From the NCBI GenBank assembly GCA_947385365.1, contig CANDKT010000002.1, positions 5,024 to 69,023 on the forward strand: DNA of 64,000 bases. The letters are read 5' to 3'. Source of the DNA: an uncultured Bacillota bacterium (GTDB lineage: Bacteria > Bacillota > Clostridia > Oscillospirales > Oscillospiraceae). Shown piece by piece: positions 54,953-64,000 of this stretch (the first letter of the stretch is position 1; every line of letters starts with the position of its first letter). The notes below the pieces were generated by a model that was not told the origin of the DNA, did not search any database, and saw nothing but the letters and a program-made list of their open reading frames with translations. The translations under genes were made by a program, and so were the position numbers.

Positions 54953-56170
54953 ATGTCGAATGTCAAAAAAGTCGTGCTTGCCTACTCCGGCGGCCTGGAT
55001 ACCTCAATCATTATCCCCTGGCTGAAGGAGAATTACAATAACCCCGAGATTATCGCCGTCTCCGCCGACGTGGGTCAGGGCAGCGAACTGGACGGCTTGG
55101 AGGAAAAAGCCCTCAAAACCGGCGCGTCTAAGCTCTACATCGAAGACCTCACCGACGAAATGGTCGACACCGTCATTATCCCGTCCATGATGATGGGCGC
55201 AAAATATGAGGACTACCTCTTGGGTACCGCCTTCGCCCGGCCCGTCATCGCAAAACGCTTGGTGGAGATCGCACGCAAAGAGGGCGCTGACGCCATCTGC
55301 CACGGCTGCACCGGAAAAGGAAACGATCAGGTCCGCTTCGAACTGGCCATCAAACGCTTCGCCCCCGAAATGAAGATCATCGCCCCCTGGCGGGAGTGGT
55401 CCATCAAAGGCCGCGACGAGGAAATCGACTACGCCGAAGCCCACGGCGTCCCCCTCAAAATCAGCCGCGAAACCAACTACTCCAAAGATAAAAACCTCTG
55501 GCACCTCAGCCACGAGGGCCTCGACCTGGAAGACCCCGCCAGTGAGCCGCAGTACGAGAAACCCGGCTTCCTGGAAATGGGCGTCTCCCCCGCGATGGCC
55601 CCCGACGCCCCCACTTATGTCACCCTGGACTTCGAAAAAGGCTGGCCCGTCGCCATCGACGGTATTCGTATGAAAGCCAGCGACATCATCCGCAAACTGA
55701 ACCAGCTGGGCGGCGAAAACGGGATCGGCCTGCTGGACATCGTAGAAAACCGCTTGGTCGGCATGAAGGACCGCGGCGTCTACGAAACCCCCGGCGGGAC
55801 TATCCTCTACCGCGCCCATGAAGTCCTGGAAATGATTACCTTGGACAAGGACACCAAGCACATGAAAACCAAACTGGCCGTGGATTTCGCCGACCTCGTC
55901 TACAACGGCAAGTGGTTCACACCCCTCCGGGAAGCCCTGTCCGCCTTTGCTCTGGACACCCAAAAGCACGTCACCGGTTCCGTGAAACTCAAACTCTACA
56001 AGGGCAACCTTATCACCGCCTCCGTCACCTCCCCCGAAACGCTCTACTCCGAAGACCTCGTGACCTTCGAAGAAAGCGACTACAACCAAAACGACGCCAC
56101 CGGATTCATCAACCTCTGGGGCCTGCCCGACACCGTTCAGGCCCTGCGGGAACAGGGAAAGCTGAAATAA
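54953..56170 (+). CDS. argG: Argininosuccinate synthase
   Basis: [27 protein letters not shown] and RGVYETPGG motifs. Confidence 0.97.
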   Translation: MSNVKKVVLAYSGGLDTSIIIPWLKENYNNPEIIAVSADVGQGSELDGLEEKALKTGASKLYIEDLTDEMVDTVIIPSMMMGAKYEDYLLGTAFARPVIAKRLVEIARKEGADAICHGCTGKGNDQVRFELAIKRFAPEMKIIAPWREWSIKGRDEEIDYAEAHGVPLKISRETNYSKDKNLWHLSHEGLDLEDPASEPQYEKPGFLEMGVSPAMAPDAPTYVTLDFEKGWPVAIDGIRMKASDIIRKLNQLGGENGIGLLDIVENRLVGMKDRGVYETPGGTILYRAHEVLEMITLDKDTKHMKTKLAVDFADLVYNGKWFTPLREALSAFALDTQKHVTGSVKLKLYKGNLITASVTSPETLYSEDLVTFEESDYNQNDATGFINLWGLPDTVQALREQGKLK

Positions 56171-56185
56171 AAGGAGCGATACCTT

Positions 56186-57565
56186 ATGAAATTATGGGCC
56201 GGACGCTTCCAGAAGGAAACCGATACCCTTGTCAACGACTTCAACTCCTCCATCGGCTTCGACGCCCGCCTGTACCGGCAGGATATCACCGGCTCCATCG
56301 CCCACGCTACTATGCTGGGCAAACAGGGCATCATCGAAGCCCACGAAGCGGAAAAAATTATTCAGGGCCTTCAGGCTATCCTGGCCGATATCGACGGCGG
56401 CGGCGTGGAGTTTACCCTGGAAAACGAAGACATCCATATGAACATCGAAGCGCTGCTCACCCAGCGCATCGGCGAGGCTGGCAAACGCCTGCACACCGCC
56501 CGCTCCCGGAACGATCAGGTCGCCGTCGATACCCGCCTCTACGTCAAAGGCGAGATCCCTACCCTCATCGCACGCGTGCTGGACCTGGAAAAGGTCCTGG
56601 TCAAAAAAGCCAAAGCCAATCTGGACACCGTCATGCCCGGCTATACCCATATGCAGCGCGCCCAGCCGACCACCTTCGCCCACTACATGATGGCTTACGC
56701 CAATATGTTTAAACGCGACGTCACCCGCCTGGAAGACTGCCTGGACCGCCTGGACGAGTGTCCCTTAGGCGCGGGCGCGCTGGCTACCTCCACCTACCCC
56801 GTGGACCGCTTCCAGACCGCCGCCTCCCTGGGCTTCAAAAAACCTACCGATAACTCTATGGACTCCGTCTCCGACCGCGACTACGCTATCGAACTGCTCG
56901 CCGCACTCTCCATCCTCATGATGCACCTGTCCCGCTTCTCCGAGGAAATCATCCTCTGGTGTTCCTGGGAGTTCAAGTTCGTGGACCTGGACGACGCCTA
57001 CTCCACCGGCTCCTCCATCATGCCCCAGAAGAAAAATCCCGACGTCGCCGAACTGGTCCGCGGTAAAACCGGCCGCGTCTACGGCTCCCTCATCACCCTG
57101 CTCACCGTGATGAAAGGTCTGCCCCTGGCCTACAACAAGGATACCCAAGAGGATAAAGAAGCCCTCTTCGACGCCATCGACACCGTGGAACTGTGCCTGC
57201 CCGTCTTCGCCGCGATGGTGGATACCCTCACCGTCCGCCCCAAGGATATGGCCCGCGCCGCAGCCGGCGGCTTCATCAACGCCACCGACTGCGCCGACTA
57301 CCTCACCAAAAAGGGCCTGCCCTTCCGGGAAGCCTACATGATCGTAGGCCGCCTTGTCCATCAGTGTATCCGTACCGGCGATACCTTGGATACCCTCACG
57401 CTCCGGGACTTCCGCGCCATCTCCGACCTGTTCGACGCCGACGTGTACGAGGCGTTAGCCTTGAAGACCTGCGTCAACGGCCGGAAAGTCTACGGCGGTC
57501 CCGCCCGGGAAGCGGTCGAACAGCAAATCGCCCTCATTGAAGCCTTCGTGGAGGAACGCGGATGA
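56186..57565 (+). CDS. argH: Argininosuccinate lyase
   Basis: KLWAGRF, HTARSRNDQ and GSSIMPQKKNPD motifs. Confidence 0.97.
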   Translation: MKLWAGRFQKETDTLVNDFNSSIGFDARLYRQDITGSIAHATMLGKQGIIEAHEAEKIIQGLQAILADIDGGGVEFTLENEDIHMNIEALLTQRIGEAGKRLHTARSRNDQVAVDTRLYVKGEIPTLIARVLDLEKVLVKKAKANLDTVMPGYTHMQRAQPTTFAHYMMAYANMFKRDVTRLEDCLDRLDECPLGAGALATSTYPVDRFQTAASLGFKKPTDNSMDSVSDRDYAIELLAALSILMMHLSRFSEEIILWCSWEFKFVDLDDAYSTGSSIMPQKKNPDVAELVRGKTGRVYGSLITLLTVMKGLPLAYNKDTQEDKEALFDAIDTVELCLPVFAAMVDTLTVRPKDMARAAAGGFINATDCADYLTKKGLPFREAYMIVGRLVHQCIRTGDTLDTLTLRDFRAISDLFDADVYEALALKTCVNGRKVYGGPAREAVEQQIALIEAFVEERG

Positions 57566-57891
57566 AACTATGCCGCATCACCGTCATGAAAGTGGCCCGC
57601 TACGACGACCTGATCGCTCAATACGAAAACCCTATCGACCACCCCTGTGCGCTCTCCGAAGGTCAGGTGTTCCTGGCCAACGGCTGGCAACGCCCCGAAG
57701 GGCTGTGCCTAAGCGCCTGGGAATCTATGTCGCCCTTCGTGCTGGCCCTGTCCCACGGCGGAGAGAACCTTTACAATGGCTGGATGAAAAATAAACGCGC
57801 CGCTATGATCTCCTGCAACGACGGGTTCCGCCCCGTCAGCTTCCTGATCGAGGCGTTAGAAGAAGACGCGGTCCAGGAGGGAACGCCATGA
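57562..57891 (+). CDS. TIGR04076-like conserved small protein
   Basis: CRITVMK, PEGLCLSAW and ISCNDGFRPVSFLIE motifs. ATGA overlaps on both sides. Confidence 0.75.
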   Translation: MKLCRITVMKVARYDDLIAQYENPIDHPCALSEGQVFLANGWQRPEGLCLSAWESMSPFVLALSHGGENLYNGWMKNKRAAMISCNDGFRPVSFLIEALEEDAVQEGTP

Positions 57892-58841
57892 GTAAACCGA
57901 AAATCTACATCGACGGCAAAGAAGGTACCACCGGTCTGCAAATCTACGACCGTTTAGCCCAGCGGGAGGATATCGAACTGCTCCTCATCGACGAGGAGAA
58001 ACGTAAGGACACCGCAGAACGGAGAAAATACCTCAACGAAGCCGATTTGGTCTTCCTGTGCCTGCCCGACGCCGCCGCCGTAGAGGCCGTCTCCTTGATC
58101 GAAAACAACCAGACCCGCGTCATCGACTGCTCCACCGCTCACCGCACCAGCCCCGATTGGACCTACGGCTTCCCGGAACTTCACGGCCAGAGGAAGAAAA
58201 TCCAAACCGCTAAGCGAGTGGCCAACCCCGGCTGTCACGCCACGGGGTTCATCTCCATCGTCCGTCCCCTGATCGACCTGGGGTTGCTGGAGCGGAACGC
58301 TCTGCTGTCCTGTTTCTCCCTGACCGGCTACTCCGGCGGCGGGAAGAAGATGATCGCCGAGTATGAGAACCCAGACCGAGATCCCCTCCTGAAGAGCCCC
58401 TGCCTCTATTCTCTGCTGCAACGCCACAAGCATCTGCCGGAAATGAAAACCTTGTGTGGATTGGAACACCCGCCAGTCTTTACGCCCATCGTGGATGACT
58501 ATTACAAAGGAATGGCTACTACGGTCCCCTTCCACCTCAGCCAAATGAGACCGGGAACTACACTTTGGACCCTGTGCAGCGCCCTTCAGGAATACTACAT
58601 GGAACAGCCGGTGATTCGAACAAACGAAGACCCACTCTGCGAGGACCTGGACGCTGCAACTAAGCTGTATGGCAATGTATTCCGCGGCAAAGACTGCCTG
58701 TCTCTTCTTGTCGCCGGAAACAGCCAGCAATTCACCATCACCTCTCTCTTCGACAACCTGGGCAAGGGCGCCAGCGGCGCGGCTGTCCAGAATATGAACC
58801 TCATGCTCGGCTTCGAGGAAACCAAAGGCTTGAGCCTGTAA
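57888..58841 (+). CDS. argC: N-acetyl-gamma-glutamyl-phosphate reductase (short/type 2 ArgC)
   Basis: IDGKEGTTGLQI, ANPGCHATG, GYSGGGK and DNLGKGASGAAVQNMN motifs. Confidence 0.95.
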   Translation: MSKPKIYIDGKEGTTGLQIYDRLAQREDIELLLIDEEKRKDTAERRKYLNEADLVFLCLPDAAAVEAVSLIENNQTRVIDCSTAHRTSPDWTYGFPELHGQRKKIQTAKRVANPGCHATGFISIVRPLIDLGLLERNALLSCFSLTGYSGGGKKMIAEYENPDRDPLLKSPCLYSLLQRHKHLPEMKTLCGLEHPPVFTPIVDDYYKGMATTVPFHLSQMRPGTTLWTLCSALQEYYMEQPVIRTNEDPLCEDLDAATKLYGNVFRGKDCLSLLVAGNSQQFTITSLFDNLGKGASGAAVQNMNLMLGFEETKGLSL

Positions 58842-58946
58842 CCTGTACAGAACCAAGAGGAAAAACAAAGTTTTTCCCTAAAAGTTTTTTCTTTTGGTTC
58901 TTTTCTTTTTTCCAAAAAAGAAAAGAACAGCAAAGGAGGACACAAC

Positions 58947-60170
58947 ATGATAAAGGAAATTTCCGGCGGCGTGTGCGCCGCGCAGGGGTTCCGGGCCGCA
59001 GGCGTCCACTGCGGCGTCAAAGAGGGCGGCAGCCCCGATAAAAACGACCTGGCCCTGATCCTGTCCGATAAAGAGTGTACCGCCGCCGGCGTCTATACAC
59101 TCAACCGCGTGAAAGCCGCACCTATCTACGTCACGATGGACCACCTGGAAGACGGCGTGGCTTGGGGCATCGTCGCCAACAGCGGCAACGCTAACGCTTG
59201 CTGCCCCTTGAGCCACGAGAACGCTGAGCTTATGTGCCAGTCCGCCGCCCAGGCTACCGGCCGGGAAGCGGGCGACTTCGTGGTCTGCTCCACCGGCGTC
59301 ATCGGCCAGACCCTCAACATCGACGCCATCCGGGCGGGTATGCCCGCCGTGGCCGCCGCTTTGAGCCCAGACGGCTCCGACGCCGCCGCTACCGCCATCA
59401 TGACTACCGATACCGTCAAAAAAGAAATCGCCGTCTCCTTCCCCCTGGCCGGGAAAGAAGTCCGCATCGGAGCCATCGCCAAAGGTTCCGGCATGATCCA
59501 CCCCAATATGGGCACCATGCTGGCCTTCCTCACCACCGACTGCGCCATCACCCACGAAATGCTGGAAGACGCCTTGCGGGAAGTCACCGCGAAAACCTTC
59601 AACCGCGTCACCGTGGACGGTGATACCTCTACCAACGATACCTGCGTCGTGCTGGCCAACGGAACCGCCGGAAACCCCCTGATCGAGTGGAAGGACGAGG
59701 ATTACGAGACCTTCCAGTCCGCACTGCTCTACATCTGCCGCCACCTCTCCCGCGCCATCGCCGGAGACGGCGAGGGCGCGTCCCGGCTCATCACCTGCAA
59801 AATGTCCGGCGCACGCAGCGAAGAGAGCGCGGAACGTTTGGCCAAAGCCGTCGTGGGTTCCGCGCTGGTCAAAGCCGCTATGTTCGGCTCCGACGCCAAC
59901 TGGGGCCGCGTGCTGTGCGCTATGGGCTACTCCAAAGCCCCCTTCCGCCCAGAACACGTCGATATCTCCTTCACCTCCGCAGCAGGCTCCATCCTGGTCT
60001 GCCAACAGGGCGACGGGTTGGCCTTCGACGAGGCCCTGGCCAAAAAGATCCTGAGCCAAAACGAGATCGTCATCGCCGTGGACCTCCACGAGGGCGAGGA
60101 CGTGGCCGAATGCTGGGGCTGCGACCTGACCTACGACTACGTGAAAATCAACGGCGACTACCGCACCTGA
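58947..60170 (+). CDS. argJ: Ornithine acetyltransferase / N-acetylglutamate synthase
   Basis: NSGNANAC, AKGSGMIHPNMGTML, VDGDTSTNDT and WGCDLTYDYVKINGDYRT motifs. Confidence 0.97.
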   Translation: MIKEISGGVCAAQGFRAAGVHCGVKEGGSPDKNDLALILSDKECTAAGVYTLNRVKAAPIYVTMDHLEDGVAWGIVANSGNANACCPLSHENAELMCQSAAQATGREAGDFVVCSTGVIGQTLNIDAIRAGMPAVAAALSPDGSDAAATAIMTTDTVKKEIAVSFPLAGKEVRIGAIAKGSGMIHPNMGTMLAFLTTDCAITHEMLEDALREVTAKTFNRVTVDGDTSTNDTCVVLANGTAGNPLIEWKDEDYETFQSALLYICRHLSRAIAGDGEGASRLITCKMSGARSEESAERLAKAVVGSALVKAAMFGSDANWGRVLCAMGYSKAPFRPEHVDISFTSAAGSILVCQQGDGLAFDEALAKKILSQNEIVIAVDLHEGEDVAECWGCDLTYDYVKINGDYRT

Positions 60171-60207
60171 ATCGTGCGGAGCCGCGGGAAATCGAGGTTT
60201 TGTATCT

Positions 60208-61065
60208 ATGTCCTTCAATGAGATCGACCGCGCCCAGGTCTTAGCCGAGGCGCTGCCCTATATCCAAAAGTTCAGCGGAAAGACCATCGTCGTGAAATAC
60301 GGCGGGAACGCAATGGTCTCCGATCAACTGCGCCACGCCGTCATCTCCGATATCATCTTGCTGAACCTGGTCGGAATCCGGGTCGTCGTAGTCCACGGCG
60401 GCGGTCCCGAAATCAGCGAGATGCTGGATAAGCTCGGCAAAGAGTCCCACTTTGTGGACGGCCTGCGCTTCACGGACAGAGAAACGATGGATGTCGTACA
60501 ACAGGTGCTGTGCGGACGGGTCAACAAGAACTTGGTCGCAACACTCAACCGCCTAGGCGGACGCGCCCTCGGTCTGTGCGGCCTGGACGGCGGACTCCTT
60601 CAGGCCAGAAAACTGGACGACCGCTACGGCTTGGTCGGCGAGATCACCCACGTCGATCCGCGCCCCATTACCGACGCCCTGGATCGCGGCTATATCCCTG
60701 TAGTATCCACCGTGGCGCAGGGCTTGGATGAGGAAGTCTCCTACAACGTCAACGCCGACACCGCCGCGGCTAAATTAGCCACCGCTTTAGGCGCGGAAAA
60801 GCTCATTTTACTCACCGACGTCCGCGGCCTGCTCCGTAACCCAGAGGACGAAAGCTCCCTGATCCCAGAACTTCAGCTCTCCTCCGTGCCCGCCCTGGTG
60901 CGGGAGGGCGTGATCTCCGGCGGAATGATCCCAAAAGTGGACTGCTGCGTGGAGAGCGTCCGCTCCGGCGTGAAGTCCGCCGTCATCCTGGACGGGCGGG
61001 TGGAACATTCCCTCTTGATCGAGCTGCTGTCCGACGCCGGCGTCGGTACCATGCTGATTAACTGA
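60208..61065 (+). CDS. argB: Acetylglutamate kinase
   Basis: VVKYGGNAM, VHGGGPEI, NVNADTAA and GGMIPKV motifs. Confidence 0.97.
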   Translation: MSFNEIDRAQVLAEALPYIQKFSGKTIVVKYGGNAMVSDQLRHAVISDIILLNLVGIRVVVVHGGGPEISEMLDKLGKESHFVDGLRFTDRETMDVVQQVLCGRVNKNLVATLNRLGGRALGLCGLDGGLLQARKLDDRYGLVGEITHVDPRPITDALDRGYIPVVSTVAQGLDEEVSYNVNADTAAAKLATALGAEKLILLTDVRGLLRNPEDESSLIPELQLSSVPALVREGVISGGMIPKVDCCVESVRSGVKSAVILDGRVEHSLLIELLSDAGVGTMLIN

Positions 61066-61137
61066 CCATAACCGCCCCAGGTCTGCGGGACCTCGCAATA
61101 GACGGACAAAAAGAACTTTTATCTAGGAGGTATCCCC

Positions 61138-62316
61138 TTGACTTTTGAAGAGATAAAGGCGTTGGATGAACAGTACGTCATGCACGCCTACAGCCGCTTC
61201 CCCGTCGCCATCGAACGCGGAAAAGGCGCGACACTCCAAAGTACGGACGGCAGAGAATACATCGACTTTACCGCTGGAATCGGCGTGGCTTCCCTCGGGT
61301 ACGCGGACGAGGGCTGGATGTCCGCAGTAACAGAACAAGCGGGTAAGCTGGCACATGTATCCAACCTGTTTTACACAGAGCCTTACGCCAAAACAGCGCA
61401 GAAGCTCTGCCAGCGTACCGGAATGTCAAACGTGATGTTCGCCAACTCCGGCGCCGAGGCGAACGAAGCAATGATAAAATTGGCCCGGAAGTGGTCCTTC
61501 GACAAGTACGGCAAAGGCCGCGGAACAATTATTACACTGCATAACTCTTTCCACGGACGTACCATCACCACATTGGCCGCTACCGGACAGGAGAAGTTTC
61601 ACAACTACTTCTTCCCCTTCACGGAAGGCTTCCGCTACGCCGACGCAAACGATCTGAACAGCGTGGAGGCCGTCGCAGGTCACGACGTGTGCGCGGTCAT
61701 GATGGAACTGATCCAAGGCGAAGGCGGCGTGCTGCCGCTGGAGCGGACGTTCGTGCAGGAAGTCGCGGACCTGTGCGCCAAACGGGACTGGCTGCTCCTC
61801 ATCGACGAGGTGCAGACCGGCGTCGGAAGAACCGGCAGCCTGTTCGCCTTCCAGCAGTACGGAATCCAACCGGACGTGGTGTCCTTCGCAAAAGGAATCG
61901 CAGGCGGCCTGCCGTTCGGCGGCGTGATGGCGAACCAAAAATGCCGGGAGGTCTTCGCCCCCGGTACCCACGGCACAACCTTCGGCGGCAACCCCATCGC
62001 CGCCGCCGCCGCGTGTCACGTACTGGACCGCATCAATGACCATTTCCTGGCGCAGGTGCAGAAAAAAGGCGACTACCTCCGGGAACAGACCGAAGCGTTA
62101 GACTTGCCCTGCCTGGGCGCAACCCGCGGTATGGGCCTGATGATCGGCGTGGAGGTCCGGGAGGGCTGGACAAACCGGGAACTGGCCGCAAAACTGATCG
62201 AACACGGCCTGCTGGTCCTCACAGCCGGTCCAGGACTGCGCTTCCTGCCGCCCCTCGTCATTACACAGGAGGAAATGGACAAGGGCTTGGCAATCCTCAA
62301 GGAAACGCTGGGCTGA
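61138..62316 (+). CDS. argD: Acetylornithine aminotransferase
   Basis: Class III PLP enzyme: NSGAEANE, FHGRT, DEVQTGVGRTG and AKGIAGG motifs, inside the arg operon. Confidence 0.93.
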   Translation: MTFEEIKALDEQYVMHAYSRFPVAIERGKGATLQSTDGREYIDFTAGIGVASLGYADEGWMSAVTEQAGKLAHVSNLFYTEPYAKTAQKLCQRTGMSNVMFANSGAEANEAMIKLARKWSFDKYGKGRGTIITLHNSFHGRTITTLAATGQEKFHNYFFPFTEGFRYADANDLNSVEAVAGHDVCAVMMELIQGEGGVLPLERTFVQEVADLCAKRDWLLLIDEVQTGVGRTGSLFAFQQYGIQPDVVSFAKGIAGGLPFGGVMANQKCREVFAPGTHGTTFGGNPIAAAAACHVLDRINDHFLAQVQKKGDYLREQTEALDLPCLGATRGMGLMIGVEVREGWTNRELAAKLIEHGLLVLTAGPGLRFLPPLVITQEEMDKGLAILKETLG

Positions 62317-62331
62317 AAAGGAGAGTTGACC

Positions 62332-63255
62332 ATGACAAAAGACCTGTTGAAACTGCTGGACTTGTCTCAGGAGGACATCGTCAAAATCCTGAACACGGCA
62401 GATCAGCTGAAATACGAGCAGAAACACGGCATACATCGGGACTGCTTCAAGGGTAAGACCCTGGCCATGATCTTTGAGAAAAACTCTACCCGCACGCGGG
62501 TGTCCTTTGAGGCCGGAATGTTCCAGCTGGGTGGACACGCCCTGTTCCTCTCCGGAAAGGAAAGCCAGATCGGCCGCGGAGAACCAATCGAAGACACCGC
62601 TCGGGTCCTGGACCGGTACTGCGACGGGATCATGATCCGTACCTTCGGACAGGACGAAGTGGAGGAATTGGCCCGTTACACCACTATACCCGTCATCAAT
62701 GGCTTGACGGACTTCTGCCACCCCTGCCAGGTGCTGGCGGACCTGCTGACCATCCGGGAACATAAGGCGGTGTTGGAGGGCTTGAAGCTGTGCTACATCG
62801 GCGACGGCAACAATATGGCCAACTCCTTGATCGTGGGCGGACTGAAAATGGGTATGACAGTTTCCATCGCCTGTCCGCAAGGCTACGACCCAGACCCGCG
62901 GGTGCTGGAGTTTGCCAAAAGTGACCCTGCACATCGGTTCGAGCTGTTCCGCACGCCTCAGGAGGCGGCCGTAGGCGCGGACGTGGTCGTCACGGACGTG
63001 TGGGCGTCTATGGGCCAGGAGCAGGAACGCGCAGAACGTCAGAAAGCCTTCGCGGGCTACCAGGTCAACAGCGAGCTGATGTCCCTGACTAACCCAGGCT
63101 GTATGGTGCAGCACTGCCTGCCCGCCCACCGCGGCGAGGAGATCACCGCTGAGGTCTTCGAGTCCCACGCCAGCGAGATCTTCGACGAGGCGGAAAACCG
63201 CCTCCACGCGCAGAAGGCCGTCATGTACCTTCTCATGGGCGGCGAACAGGCGTGA
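62332..63255 (+). CDS. argF: Ornithine carbamoyltransferase
   Basis: FEKNSTRTR, HPCQVLAD, TDVWASMG, HCLPAHRG and EAENRLHAQ motifs. Confidence 0.97.
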   Translation: MTKDLLKLLDLSQEDIVKILNTADQLKYEQKHGIHRDCFKGKTLAMIFEKNSTRTRVSFEAGMFQLGGHALFLSGKESQIGRGEPIEDTARVLDRYCDGIMIRTFGQDEVEELARYTTIPVINGLTDFCHPCQVLADLLTIREHKAVLEGLKLCYIGDGNNMANSLIVGGLKMGMTVSIACPQGYDPDPRVLEFAKSDPAHRFELFRTPQEAAVGADVVVTDVWASMGQEQERAERQKAFAGYQVNSELMSLTNPGCMVQHCLPAHRGEEITAEVFESHASEIFDEAENRLHAQKAVMYLLMGGEQA

Positions 63256-63274
63256 GCTTAGATAGAATCACACA

Positions 63275-63313
63275 AAAACATCGGAGACCCGAAAATGGGT
63301 CTCCGATGTTTTG
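63275..63313. terminator. Bidirectional terminator
   Basis: AAAACATCGGAGACCC-GAAAAT-GGGTCTCCGATGTTTT. Confidence 0.8.
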
Positions 63314-63324
63314 CTGTGCGCGAT

Positions 63325-63999
63325 TTAGCTGTCCGCTTTCTGGGAGAGGAAGAGGAAAGTCATAATCTGGGCTCTGGAGCAATCGGCGTTAGGGCTGAAG
63401 GTTGTTTCGGAGGTACCGGAAGTGATTTTGTTATTTACGGCCCAGGTCACGGCGTTGTTGAAGTAGTCATTTTCGGAGGAATCGGAGAAGGGGTGTTCAC
63501 CGCTGACGTTTGGGGAACCAGCGAATTTGTAGAGGAACGCGGTGGTTTGGCCTCTGGAAACGGTAGCGTTAGGGCTGAACGTTTTGGGGGAAGTTCCGCT
63601 TGTGATTCCCTGTTCGGCGGCCCAAAGGACGGCGTCGTGGAAGTAAGCGTTATTGGGGACGTCCTGGAAGGGATTCTGAGCGGTATTTTGAGGTTTGGGG
63701 GAGCCTGCGGCGCGCCAGAGGAACGTGACCATTTGGGCGCGGGTACAGGACGCGTTGGGGCTGAAGGTGGAGTTGCTGGTACCGGTTGTGATGCCATTTT
63801 CGACGGCCCAAGCTACGGCGTCGTAGTAGTAAGCGTCAGCGGGGACGTCGGAGAAGTTGAGCTTGGATTCAGGTTCCTGTTGGCTCGGAGCCGGTTCAAA
63901 TTCGGCCTGGACGGTTATAGTGGAGTTCGGCATGGTAAAGGTAAAGGTTCCGTCGTTTGCTTTTGTAACGGCGATTTCCTTACCCTTGCTGTCTTTCAC
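63325..63999 (-). CDS. SLH-domain surface protein, C-terminal part (5' end outside the window)
   Basis: FTFTMPNSTITVQAEF repeat module followed by three SLH repeats ([26 protein letters not shown]...CTRAQMVTFLWR). Confidence 0.9.
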   Translation of the reverse strand: MKDSKGKEIAVTKANDGTFTFTMPNSTITVQAEFEPAPSQQEPESKLNFSDVPADAYYYDAVAWAVENGITTGTSNSTFSPNASCTRAQMVTFLWRAAGSPKPQNTAQNPFQDVPNNAYFHDAVLWAAEQGITSGTSPKTFSPNATVSRGQTTAFLYKFAGSPNVSGEHPFSDSSENDYFNNAVTWAVNNKITSGTSETTFSPNADCSRAQIMTFLFLSQKADS

Positions 64000-64000
64000 G

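Overview
A GC-rich Firmicute chromosomal region, most like an Oscillospiraceae/Oscillibacter-type Clostridium (inferred from gene content and SLH proteins). Most of it is housekeeping: vanW-like, xpaC-like, a Uma2 nuclease, a HAD hydrolase, a TPP riboswitch with thiT, trmB-miaB-mutS-lipoprotein-mutL, hsp20 and clpB with CIRCE boxes, rnj, an NTP-transferase/PMM-like fusion, asnS, a 3085-aa SLH-anchored GH2 beta-galactosidase, cdd, an ECF sigma/anti-sigma pair and an argGH-x-CJBDF operon. Two accessory systems stand out. (1) The main finding is a candidate binary S-layer phase-variation switch at 29.4-36.6 kb. Two divergently oriented paralogous SLH S-layer genes with near-identical 5' ends flank a 333-bp segment. 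That segment is bounded by perfect 26-bp inverted repeats (each internally palindromic), carries a single near-consensus sigma-A promoter pointing at only the left gene, and holds tandem GTCTACCA(AA) arm-type repeats. An intact orphan tyrosine recombinase lies immediately downstream. (2) A yeh-like SWIM / 2x HEAT-like paralogue / MoxR-AAA / DUF5682 / small ORF / VWA operon of unknown function sits at 13.9-24.4 kb. Inversion itself cannot be observed from one assembly and is inferred.
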